From Lama glama (Eukaryota), in contig CM052824.1 in assembly GCA_028534125.1 (NCBI GenBank), positions 50,406,001 to 50,470,000 of the forward strand: a stretch of 64,000 nt of DNA. Reading direction: 5' to 3'. Below are positions 12,801 through 24,800 of the stretch, piece by piece. The position numbers and the translations under genes are program-made. The notes below the pieces were generated by a model. The model worked only from the letters and a program-made list of their open reading frames with translations, ran no database searches and was not told the origin of the DNA. How positions within the stretch are numbered: position 1 is the stretch's first letter; every line of letters starts with the position of its first letter.

Positions 12801-15800
12801 TTTAAGAATTACTGAACTTTAATTTTTAATATGATAAATATCAATGGAAAAAAACACACATACAAGAGCTCTTTGGAAGCTTCAGTAATTTTTAAGAGTA
12901 TAGTGATGTCCCGTGGCTGAAAAGTTTGAGAACCACTGGTTTGGAGTGCTGTCTGGGGCTCTGCTGTGAGGCTAATTCTGATTAGTAATGGCTCTTTAAA
13001 TTCTGGAGACTGCTCAGTGACCCCTTGAAGATTTATTTTTGGAAACTACAAATCAGCCTTGGGATAGGAATTACTGTGTGTGGCTATAGGACTGTCTGTA
13101 GGAAGCCAGTTACATCCTATCCTGCACTGCCAGAATCAGTGACCGTGAGCTCAGCATGCAGGTGCTGCTGCTAAACTGGATCAAAATGCTTAAACAGGAA
13201 CACATACGGGGCATGAAAGTTGTGCATGTTGATCCTTCTGACCTTCTGGCCTTTGTGTACGTCCCCTTGGGGTACCAGTGCCATTGTTGGGGCTGGGGCT
13301 CCAGTGTGCCCTGGTGCTCTCTCACCTCGGTCCGCTTTCCTCCTGCAGGATGTTCCGGTCGAGGCCCTCACCACAGTGAAGCCGTACTGCAACGAGATCC
13401 ATGCCCAGGCACAACTCTGGCTCAAGAGAGACCCCAAAGCCTCCTACGAAGCCTGGAAGAAGTGTCTTCCCATCAGAGGTGTGTCTCTCTCTTCAGGACT
13501 TGGAAATCAGCCATTCCTACCCCTGTCCTGACAGCCCCACTGCCCCCCTCTTTCCCCCCTTTCGCTTTTCCTTACCTTTCCCTGCACCCCTTTGCCTGCT
13601 AGGGATTGAGGGTAACGGGAAGTCCCCCAGCAAGTCAGAGCTCCGCCATCTCTATCTGACCGAGAAGTACGTGTGGAGGTGGAAGCAGTTCCTGAGTCGT
13701 CGGGGGAAGAGGACCTCCCCCTTGGATCTCAAACTCGGCCATAACAACTGGCTGCGGCAAGTGAGTGGCCGTCTCCCACGCCCCTCGCCCTGCTGCGCTG
13801 GCCCCAGATACCGAGCAGGGTGTTTCTGCTCCTCCCTGCCTGTCAGCTCCGCCTGCTCTTCTTTCTCTTTGCTGTTCTTGCTTCCTCTCAGATAGGAAGT
13901 AGGTAGAGGATCTTGGTTGCAGGCGCTGGCACGGTGGACTGGCCGAAACAGAGCTCTTCTCCGCCATTCATCAGGCTCCTCCTCTCTCCTCTCCTCCCGG
14001 AGCACTTAACTCAGTGCCTTCCCTCCCTGTTCGCCGTTCCACCTTTCATGTCTTCTGCTGTCCATCCCCTCTTTCCAACTAATGCTTTGAAAGATTAGAG
14101 TAACTATATTTTAGAGAATCCATTTGTCTGTTAGCGTGTAACATAAAATACTTGGTTTATATTAAATGTAAGTATTTAGCATGTAGATGTCTCCAGAATA
14201 GAATTATAGAAAATACCTGCTTGTCTTTTTTCCTAGTTTGGTCATCTTGGATATGTTCTCCAAACTACTTGATGGAGAAAATCTCCATGAGGAAGGTGGC
14301 TCTTAAGCAGCCTCTTTCCCAGTCTGCAGCAGTCAGACCTTGTGTTAGCTGGTCATTCTTACCTTTAACCTTTTCCTGAAGAGGTGCTCCGAGGACTCCT
14401 TCTGGTTGGGTGGCCCCCTGCTGGAGGCCTGGCAAGACAGGCCATCCCCTGAGCCAGGGCTTCTCTCTACACCCTGCAGGTGCTCTTCACTCCGGCGACG
14501 CAGGCTGCACGGCAGGCAGCCTGTACCATCGTGGAGGCTCTAGCCACCATTCCCAGCCGCAAGCAGCAGGTCCTCGACCTCCTCACCAGGTACTATTTGA
14601 GGGCGGGATGGACAGCATGGCTGGACTTCTTCTAGACCCCCTTCTGCTTTCCCATAGATCCATAGATCAGAGCAGTGGGAGGCACACCTGTGCTCTGTAA
14701 CTGTCTCATTCCTTGTAGAAGACCACAGGAGCAAAAAGTATCAAAAAGCTCAATTAAAAAAAAAAAGAGTTTTAGAAGTGGTAGTGGTAGTAGTAGTAAC
14801 AGAGCAGCAGAACCAGTGGCTGGTGTGAGATCTTGTGAGCTTATAAATGAGTGGCATGCATTACCTCTTTTAATCCTTACTTGGGCTTGAAGTGGTTAAT
14901 TAATTTGTCCTCTAGAAGATCAGAGTTGAATCCAGTCTAATTCCACAGCCCACGTTATTAGCCATTAAATGCTGTGGGAACTTGCCTTGTGAGTGGCTCA
15001 GTCAAAACTGCAGTCTCACAGCCCAGATAGCCACCATTCGTATTTTGCTGTTTATTCCAAATGTGTATAGTTTGTGGCATCACATTGCCTGTTGTGTGCT
15101 CTTGAGCTCTTCCCAAGTGTGGGGCGTTCCCGAGTGGGGAGTTGGGGTTTTCTTGGGTCCCTGAAGGACAGCAGAGACAGGAAAGGTGGCAGAGCACGGA
15201 GGATCTGTTAGGATTGTTGGAGGTATTTGAGCTCTCAGTGCCCTGTCTCTCCGTGGCAGTTACCTGGATGAGTTGAGCATCGCTGGCGAGTGTGCCGCCG
15301 AGTACCTGGCTCTCTACCAGAAGCTCATCACTTCAGCTCACTGGAAAGTCTACCTGGCAGCTCGAGGCGTCCTGCCCTATGTAGGCAACCTCATCACCAA
15401 GGTAGCCCAGCCCAGGAGAGCCCCTCTCCCTGGCTCTGTTTTCATTGTCCTCTTTCTCTCCGTAAACCTTGCGGTGGTCTTCTATGCTGCGAAGAAATAT
15501 TTGTTGAAAATGCAGGCATACCTCACTTTATTGCATTTCGCCAATATTGCATAATTTTGGTAAATTGAAAGTCTGTGGCAACCCTGTGTCCAGTGAGACT
15601 ATTGCTACCATTTTTCTAACAACATTATTTTAAAATTAAGGTATATATGTTGGTTTTTTAGACATAATGCTGTTGCACACTTACCAGACTACAGTAGAGT
15701 GTAGATACAACTTTTATGTGTGCTGAGAAACCAAGAAATTGGTGTGACTCACTTTATTACAATAATTGCCTTAGTGCAGTGGTCTGGAACCAAACCCGCA

Positions 15801-18800
15801 TTATCTCTGAGGTATGCCTGTAGTGTTTTTATGACTTTATTGTATTTATCACAAAGATGTAGCAATTTGTTTAGGGGCATTTAGGCTGTTCCCCTTTTTA
15901 AGCAGTCCCTTAACATCATTGCCACTGTCCTTGGCTTCTTGAAGGAGTTCTGCAAAGGTTTAGCCTGAGGGATCATTAGAATAAAATGACAGTGACTATG
16001 GAGTGTCTTTGGTTTGTGCTACAAGCTGCCGGACCAGCGGTGGAGTTGACCAGTGTTGTGGGCAGTGCTGTCACACTCACTGTGCTTGTTATCATCCTGT
16101 GTAGGAAATAGCCCGCTTGCTGGCCCTGGAGGAGGCCACCCTGAGCACTGATCTGCAGCAGGGCTATGCCCTCAAGAGTCTCACAGGTAGAGAGAGCCCC
16201 CGGCCCTTCCTTTAGGGCACCCTGGGTATAGTTTGGGAGCCGACCCTTAGTTCCTGGGTGCTGAGGTTGACTGTCGTCCCTCCCTGTTGACCATAATGCA
16301 TTTTAAGTTCTGCATTTTTCTCCTCATTGATGGGTTTACATTTTTGAACGCCTCTCGGCTATTGCTTAGTTCACGGCATTAAGCACCTGCTCCATGCTAA
16401 GCACCAAGGTAGCTTTTCCCTGCTTTTGAGTTGCTCATAATCTTTTGAAGGCATGGACCTTCTTTGCTTATATTTTCAACTGAGCTCTTGCAGTAACTTC
16501 TTCCTGCCCCCACAGGCCTTCTTTCCTCCTTTGTCGAGGTGGAATCCATCAAAAGACACTTTAAAAGTCGCTTGGTGGGTACCGTGCTGAATGGATACCT
16601 GTGCTTGCGGAAGCTGGTGGTACAGAGGACCAAGCTGATCGATGAGACCCAGGACATGCTGCTGGAGATGCTGGAGGACATGACCACAGGTAGCAGCGCC
16701 TGGGGCCTGCAGCCCAGGACCCCCTTGTCCCCTCTGGCTCCGCCTAAGTGCACTAGTCAGATTTCCGCGAGTTCCTCGGAGCCAGAGCAGGGGCCGCAAA
16801 CATCTTTCCTTGAATGTGAGGAGGAGAAGAAATTTCTCTCAAGACTATTGGTTCTTGGGGTTGTGAAATTCCAGAGCTGGGCTCAGTCAATGTGGGCTTT
16901 TCATTTTGAGCTCATAGTTAATGCAGGAAGAGGTCAAGAGTTCTCAAATTGGTGTCTTTTGTTGGTTCTGGAAGATTCTCAGCCGTGATCTCCCCAGTTG
17001 CTTTTGCTCCTGTCTCCCTTGTCTTTGTGGAGCTCCACTCTCACTCTGCCATCTGGGTCTCTTCACCTCCTTTTCATAGCGTTCATCTCATTGTATCTTT
17101 ATGCTGATTTTAGGTAATTTCTTCTGTTCTGTACCATGTCATTCAGTTCATTCATTTTTGCTTCACTCTGTGTTGTCTGTTTAGTACACTGATTGAATCC
17201 TTATAGTTCTACATAGATTTTATAGTCTTTAGTTTTGTTTTGACTGACATTTACCGTCCCTTTTATAATCTTTTCAGCCTAGCAAACATGTTTCTGTGTC
17301 TGATAACTCTAAAATTTGAAATATTTATTGTTCTAATTGTGTTTTAGTCATTCTGGCTCTTGCCTATGGTGCCTTAAAGCTTTTTGCATTTTGTGATTTT
17401 TTTTTTTTTTTGACTACAGGCTTGTGTTTGGTGTGTTTATCTGTGGAAATTCTTCAGGACCTGAATCAAAGATGGGTTTTTCCAGAGAAAATTTGTAATT
17501 GCTTCTGTGAGGCATCTCAGGGCACTGCTATCCCAGAGCCACCTTCAGCAAAGTTCTGAACTTAGATTTTTCAGCCCTCCTAGGTAGTTTGAGCCTCAAA
17601 CCCCTGTGAGGGCAGCTTGTTATGAGTTCTCAGGTGTTTTCCCCCTTTGCTCAGTGCCGCAGTTTAAGGGAAGACAATTTCCTTTCATTGACTTGCTTGC
17701 GGGGAAAGGGAGTTATTTTTAGTTGATCGCTACACCAAGGATGTAGCTCTTTGGGGTACCAGATTTACATCTATATATGTGGGATTGTGGGGGCTTCTGC
17801 CAGACTCTCCACCTTGGCGGATTTGAGGCTTTGTATCCAGCTCTCAAATCTGGGCGGGTTGGGGAAACCAGAGTTCATGGCAAAAATCAGCCTCAGTGTT
17901 TTGCTAACCTTCCTGGGTTCCTGATTTTTCTTAGTTTTTGGCTTATAGTCTTTGTTCATGTGGCAGTTCAGTGATACCTTTTTACTTAGTATTTTAAATT
18001 ATTTTTAAATGGAGAAGTGAAAAGTAGGTCAGGGAACACAGTCTACCGTGTTGCCTGCCAGACACGGAGGTCCTCCTGGTGCCATTTTCAGCTCCCGTGC
18101 TGAGCTGGTTTGTGACCTTGTCAACTGGGTCCTTTTCGAGAGTTTATTACTTTTTTGTATGACTTGAAGTTATTTCTTTGGCTTATAGAGGGCAACCTGT
18201 CTAATCTTGTAGGATGAAGCTGAAAACTATAACTTCCTTTCGACTTGAGTGCAGTGCAGTTAGGATCATTATTTGGCATTTCTGAGTTCCTATTTCGGGC
18301 GAGAGGATACAAGGTTATAACTCCAAGAGGGAGCAAGACATGTACACAGCTGCCCGATGCTCTTTGTTGACTTGGTTATTAAGGCTTTCAAATGGAATGT
18401 GATCTGAGTATAAAAACCAATCACTTTCAAGTTTCTGATTGAAATATTGATATTGCCACATAGGGCATTTAAAGACTTACTAGGCAGAGAGAATCTGTCA
18501 GTGATGGAACTTCGCTTAAAGTCTCATCTTCATTTTTGTGTGAGAAGCTCTTTCCTAACTGACTTGGCCACATTGATTTCTGGCAGGTACAGAGTCGGAA
18601 ACCAAGGCCTTCATGGCCGTGTGCATTGAGACAGCCAAGCGCTACAATCTGGATGACTACCGGACTCCTGTCTTCATCTTTGAGCGGCTCTGCAGCATCA
18701 TTTATCCTGTAAGCAGTGGTGCTTCCCATGGTTCTAAGGGTGTCGGCGTGAGCCATTTTGCAGGAAGACTTTTGGTGACTCCTTATAGTCATGGGCAATC

Positions 18801-21800
18801 TTACCAGCTGTGGGGCCATTTAGTCCGTGTTTTAGGAAGCTCCACTGATGTAAAACAGACCAGCCTCACACTTTTCCTGTTCCTGATGATGGGAAATCTA
18901 AAGACCTTCCTTAGTCTTATTTCCTAGATTCAAGGTCAAGCCAGTCTTTTTTTTTTTTTTAATCCAATATGCTATGAAAGAAGCTGTGTTGAGTTAGAGC
19001 ATAAGGAAATTTTGACTCCCTTCCCCCCTTCCCCGCCCACATTTTGTGCATGCATGTGTATTTGTTTCCCTAGCCTGAACTGTATATGGAAGCATGTTAT
19101 CCAGAGATCCCGTTACTGAGGAAGGATGAAAAACACCAGTCTCCTCAGTTAATGATGAGACTGAGAGATCGTCAGGGTTGAGCTTGCCTGAATATTATGC
19201 AATATAGAGAAGACCCTTTCCCTGACTTGAGAGTCACCAGCGGCAGAGTCATCTGGCCCCAGATGGGTTAGCGTCACATGAGACGAGCAGGAGGGGGAAA
19301 GCTCCCTCTGCCCTCACTTTAGCAATACAGCTTTCATGAGTTACTCCTCATCTGCTTATTTTGTTAGGCTTTCTCTTCTACCCACCTTGAGTTTCAGAGA
19401 AGATGCCTGATATGTAAGGCTGTGTGAATTGTATTTGGACTTTTGGAACCGCCTCTGGGCTTTCTGTCCTTTATATCTGTCAATGTGTAAAGAGCTGGAT
19501 GAGGTGTGCTTCCCTCAGAGTGTCCATGGACAAGGTGGCGTGGCCTGAATCCAAGAGGCCTCTGCCATCCCTTCTGATGCTTCCTTCTCTCTGTCCTTTA
19601 GGAGGAGAATGAAGTCACTGAGTTCTTCGTGACCCTGGNNNNNNNNNNNNNNNNNNNNNNNNNNNNNNNNNNNNNNNNNNNNNNNNNNNNNNNNNNNNNN
19701 NNNNNNNNNNNNNNNNNNNNNNNNNNNNNNNNNNNNNNNNNNNNNNNNNNNNNNNNNNNNNNNNNNNNNNNNNNNNNNGAGGACGATAGTGGGATGGAGG
19801 TAACAAGCATAGGACGCCGCTGTCGTGGTTAAGCACATGGGCTGGGATCAGATCCAGGTTCCTCTCCCTTAGTAGCTAATTAACCTTGGACATCTGTAAA
19901 TGGGGGCTAGTGATTCCCACCTACCAACCTCACCTGGCATTCAGGGTAATTGCCTGTAGTAGGCTCTGCCGGCGTCAGGCATGTGGTAAGCGAATGGTTG
20001 GTGGCTGTTGCTTGTCGTGGCATAGGCTTTTATTCTTGTTGCTCGGGCAGAAGCTTCCCTGTGATTCCAGGTTAATTAAGCTCCCTAAAGACTGGCACTT
20101 TAGCCCTTGTGTAGATTTTTGGCCCTGGGTCTGGGGTCTTCTGGCAGACAGCACTAGGTCTGGAGTTATCCTGTACGTGGTGAAAAGCATGTTGGGTAAA
20201 ATAGAGAAAAGTGCTTGTGCTGGTGCGCAGCCTGAAGTGGGCTCAGGCTAGGAGAAGGTTCTCTGCAGGGGTTTTTAACTTCGAGTCCATGGTTTGGGTT
20301 AAGGCTGTTTGTAACCCCTGAAATTGTGCACAGAATTCTGTGTGTTGTGCACACACGTGTGCTTTTTAGAGAAGGAGAGGCGGTAGGCCCCTGATACACA
20401 CACATTGTGCCATAAAGTGCCCTTTGATCTTAGAATGTACTTGCCTTACAGTTGTTTGGAATAACAGCCTCGTCTTCTTTTCTGTTCAGCTCCTAGTGAA
20501 CAATAAAATCATCAGTTTGGACCTTCCTGTGGCCGAGGTTTACAAGAAGGTCTGGTGTACCACGAACGAGGTACGTGCTTGTTTTCTTGGGGTGTGGTTT
20601 TACTTTTCCTGACTTACACAGACTTGTGCTAGGAATGTTGTTAATTGTCCTTTGCCCAGCTTGTAGCAGCATTTAAGGAACTTTCCTTCCCTGTTGGTGT
20701 TTAGAGAAAACCAGTCCCCTGTCCTCATGAGGCATCTGCCTGGTGCCAACAGAAGGGCTTTGGGGAGGCTGAGAGTCTCTGGCAGTGCGCATCCAGGCTG
20801 GGCAGAGTCTGAGGAAGCTGTGATGGGGATGGCTTGCTGTCTTGTACCCTTTGCGTACGGCGTCTCTTAACTGAGGTTAATCCTCAGCTTTTCTGGGCTT
20901 GCTCATTTTTCAGAGCATTTTCTGGTGCTGTGTCAAGGAGCATAGTTTCTATTTTACTGGTTGGGCAGTTGAGACTCAAAGGGCAGTAGTTCTTGCGGAG
21001 GGAAAAGGGAAATGAAGGAAGCGAGGTACTCTGGTCCTTTTGGACACTTCAGTTCTGTTTGTCCACTCAGGGAAGTCTTAGATACTCCACTCTCCCCTCC
21101 CTGCTCTTCTCTTAATTCCTCTCTTTTGTTCCTTCCTTTCCTGTCTTCCAGTCTTCCTCTGTTTCTTTCCATCTCTTTTCTCTACTAAGGGGATTTTTAG
21201 TAAATGAATCAACAAATGTTAAGTAATTGAATTATAGTGAACTAGTGTACCAGTGAAACACAGCAAACTTTTCTATATTTAGTCTCAAATATTTCTGTAG
21301 CGTTTAAGAAACTAAATTGGTAGTGTACTATTAGTACACTTTGGCCTTTAATTTGTTACATATTTTTGTTTCTCTCCTTTCTCTTCTACTGTGCTGGGAA
21401 CCCTGGTCAGTGTTTGCTGTTGGTCTGCTGCCAGTTGGGGGGATATAGCACCACTGGTAGAGGGACATGCAGAGTCAGAGGTCTGCTCCATCCACTGCAT
21501 CTTAATCACTGACTTTCTGGCATCAAAACAGAACGATACAGATTTAATCCTCAATGCACATAAAAAATTAAGACCAAGCTTCTGTGGACAGCCTTGTAAA
21601 TGGTGGCATGGAACCCAAAGAATACCCATGGGTGTCTCCTCTTTTGAACATGAAACAGGGTAGAATTTGAGGATCGTTTTTTTTCACATGAATGTGCTTA
21701 ATCCACCAAAGGGTTCTTCTGGCAAAGTCCAGAGTTTATGGCAGCTTTTTCCTTGGGCCTTCATCAACTTCCCTTCTTACTTTACCCCCTGTTTCCCTGA

Positions 21801-24800
21801 TAAACAGTCCATCTCTTCAGCTACTGGTAAGGGCCTGTTTTCTCTCTCTGTCTCCTTCTGTCCATGGTCTATGGCTGTTCCCTCTCTTAGTTCCCTCTGG
21901 GCTTCCACAGCTGGAAACGCTCTGGAACTGGCCTGACATGTTCCTTCCCTTTAGAGTTTCCTCTCCTAAAGCTGAGCGTGGCTTAGAGACAGGCAGGCTG
22001 AATTAGTGTGATGCCTGTTCTCTCACTTAATTTCATCTAATGTGACTTCAAGCCCCCATTTCTTGCCTCCAGAGTGAGGATAATACTCTCTGTGCTAGAA
22101 TGCCTAGCTCGGTATCCGGTATAGAATAAAGTCTCATTTCCAGTTTAGGAAAGTAGCTGTAATCTTCTAATTTACGAGACTTACTGCTGATCTTTCTATG
22201 AGGTTGTAGGCTTTAGCTTGAGGAAACGTGGATGAATCCTCTCCTTGCTATATGATTATATGAAGAACTCAGGATCTCCATAGGCAAAGCTTGGTATATT
22301 CTGGGTTTTTTTTACTTTTGATTCCTGAGACTGGAATCAAAGCTCTTTGATCAAATTGACTTCCCTTGTCCTAATTCTTTAAAGAGGGTCCCTATTGATT
22401 AGAGAGATTTTCTACTCCTGAAGGAGGCTTGGAAACAGAACTGGTCTTATATCTGAGTAACTTTGAAAAAGCTGCTTAGCCTCAAATAAAGGAATAATGT
22501 AAAGTGCTTAATTACAGCTTAGCACAAACAGTAAATAATAGTTGTTACAGTTATTACATAGTTTTAAAGAAATTAAACGAGATAGTGTCTATAATATGCT
22601 TCATACAATTCCTGGCCTGTAATAGACCCTAAATAAAATTAGCTTCCTTTCCTTGAAGTGAATTATAGTGCATTTGGATTCTAGATTTTGTGGTTAAGAC
22701 CCTGTAGGGAAGTAGAAACTGTCCAGATTGCTGAAGCATTAAGCAAGACCAGGTGTTGAGTCCTTTTGCATTTTCTGGGCTTGTTCACATTTCTCCCCAA
22801 CCTTCTCTGCTTAGGGAGAGCCCATGAGGATTGTTTATCGAATGCGGGGGCTGCTGGGTGATGCTACCGAGGAGTTTATTGAGTCCCTGGACTCCACCAC
22901 AGGTATGGCCCTTTTCACAGACACTGCTGCATGTTGGGTTTGAGGTTTGGGACCAATGAGCAATTCACATCCTGGGACTTGGGGGTATTCTGGGCCAATA
23001 CTCTCTTGTAACTCTGTTCAGAATTGAGAGGTGTGGGGGGTGGGTATAGCTGAGTGGTAGAGCATATGCTTAGCATGCATGAGATCCTGAGCTCAATCCC
23101 CAGTACCTCCATTAAACAAATAAGTAAATAAAATAAGAAAATTAAAAAAAATATAAAATAACAGGATTGAGGGGAGAGTACTCCTCTGGGGAAAAACAGT
23201 TATCTATGACCTCATTCAGATACCTCTGGGGTTGGAGGGAGAATGCCATTAGCCAACAAACTTGAGTTCAAATATGTTTATTTAGTTTTTTTTTCCCATT
23301 GGTAGTTATAGTACTTATATTTTCACATTTGAGTGTGTGATTCTAATTGACTTGATTCTTTAAAAAACTACAAAAGCTGGTAATTTAATATCTATTACTG
23401 ACCCCTTTTATTATTGACTGCCTTCTCTATTGGAGGTATGGAAAAGAGGAGTAGCTGTCAGCCTGGAAGAGGGCTGTGCTTTATTCCTGTCTTCACCTTC
23501 CCCTCCATTTCTGCTTGGCTTCCCTTTTCCCCCAGATGAAGAAGAGGATGAGGAAGAAGTGTATAAGATGGCTGGTGTGATGGCCCAGTGTGGGGGCCTG
23601 GAATGCATGCTCAACAGACTGGCAGGGATCAAAGATTTCAAGCAGGGACGCCACCTTCTAACAGTGAGTTGGAGGCTGCAAGGTGGGACTAGCCCTTCTG
23701 CTTTGGGAGAGGCCCCTGTGGAAGAAAGCTGGTGGCTGCTGTGCTGTTTAACCCTAGAGAGCAGCATGGTGCCGCGGACCAGCGCCAGCCAGTGAAGGAC
23801 CTGGCAGCTTCCTTGGCTCTCGACACTTTAGACTCCCTCTCCAACTCCCTTCTTCCCGGCCCCCTGCCTAACCCCCACAGAAACAGTCTGATGGCAGCCT
23901 TCTGCTATATTCCTTTAGTCACACTTGGAACCAATGTTTAATTGTCTTTCCCCCCAAGATGCGCTCGTGTCAATTATTATTACTGCTTTTTAAATAGATT
24001 TTATAAGTAACTCATTTCTTATAGGATTTTGTTTGAGTGTTCATCCAACTATCTCTCTAGGAAAGAGTAGAGGATTCCAAAGGCACCACAAATATTACAC
24101 TGTTATTTTCGCCTTCAGGGTATGTGAGAGCATACACTGTGCCTATGTTTTAAATGATCTACATGGTTCTGAGCTCCCACAGGCCATGAGCTTTGGGATC
24201 GTTCTGTTTACTATTAACATTATGTTTACTGTTAGTTATATTAGAGTCCGAGTTAGTACTGGAATTTCCCCCAAGACAACAGAGCATCACCCGTTCCATT
24301 AGGAATTGGTGTCACTGCCATAGCTTTGGAGGTGGTAGCGATGTACCCAGACCGTGGCAGCTACCACTGGAGAACATTGCTGTTTACAATACCAGTCTGC
24401 TAGGAGATCCCAGCCACCTTATCATGACCCTTAGGGAACCTTCTCCTGCTGTCCTCTGTATTTCAGGATAGTGTCCGCTGACTGTACATGACCCTTCCCG
24501 GACATTTCTTTCCTGCTTGTCCCCACATCTTCACTCTCAGGTGGTCTCATGGGTTTTGACTGGCTTTTCTTGTCAGGTGCTGCTGAAATTGTTCAGCTAC
24601 TGCGTGAAGGTGAAAGTCAACCGGCAGCAGCTGGTCAAGCTGGAAATGAACACTCTGAACGTCATGCTGGGGACTCTCAACTTGGTAAAGAGCGTGGGCT
24701 GTCAAAGGCAAAGAACGCACCCTCAGATGAAATGGATTTGTGGCCTTTTCAGGCCCTTCATCTGTCTAACTGATGGGCTCAGAGGCTTGAATTATTCACG

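Noticed and set aside
19150-19195. C-box-like ATGATGA with nearby CTGA (also GTGATGA near 40167) as intronic snoRNA
   Set aside because: Box spacing wrong, no terminal stem and no recognisable rRNA guide
20502-20507. AATAAA inside a coding exon
   Set aside because: Explained by the Asn-Lys codons; no evidence of use
23035-23110. tRNA-like sequence
   Set aside because: SINE head with A-rich tail and TSD, not a tRNA gene
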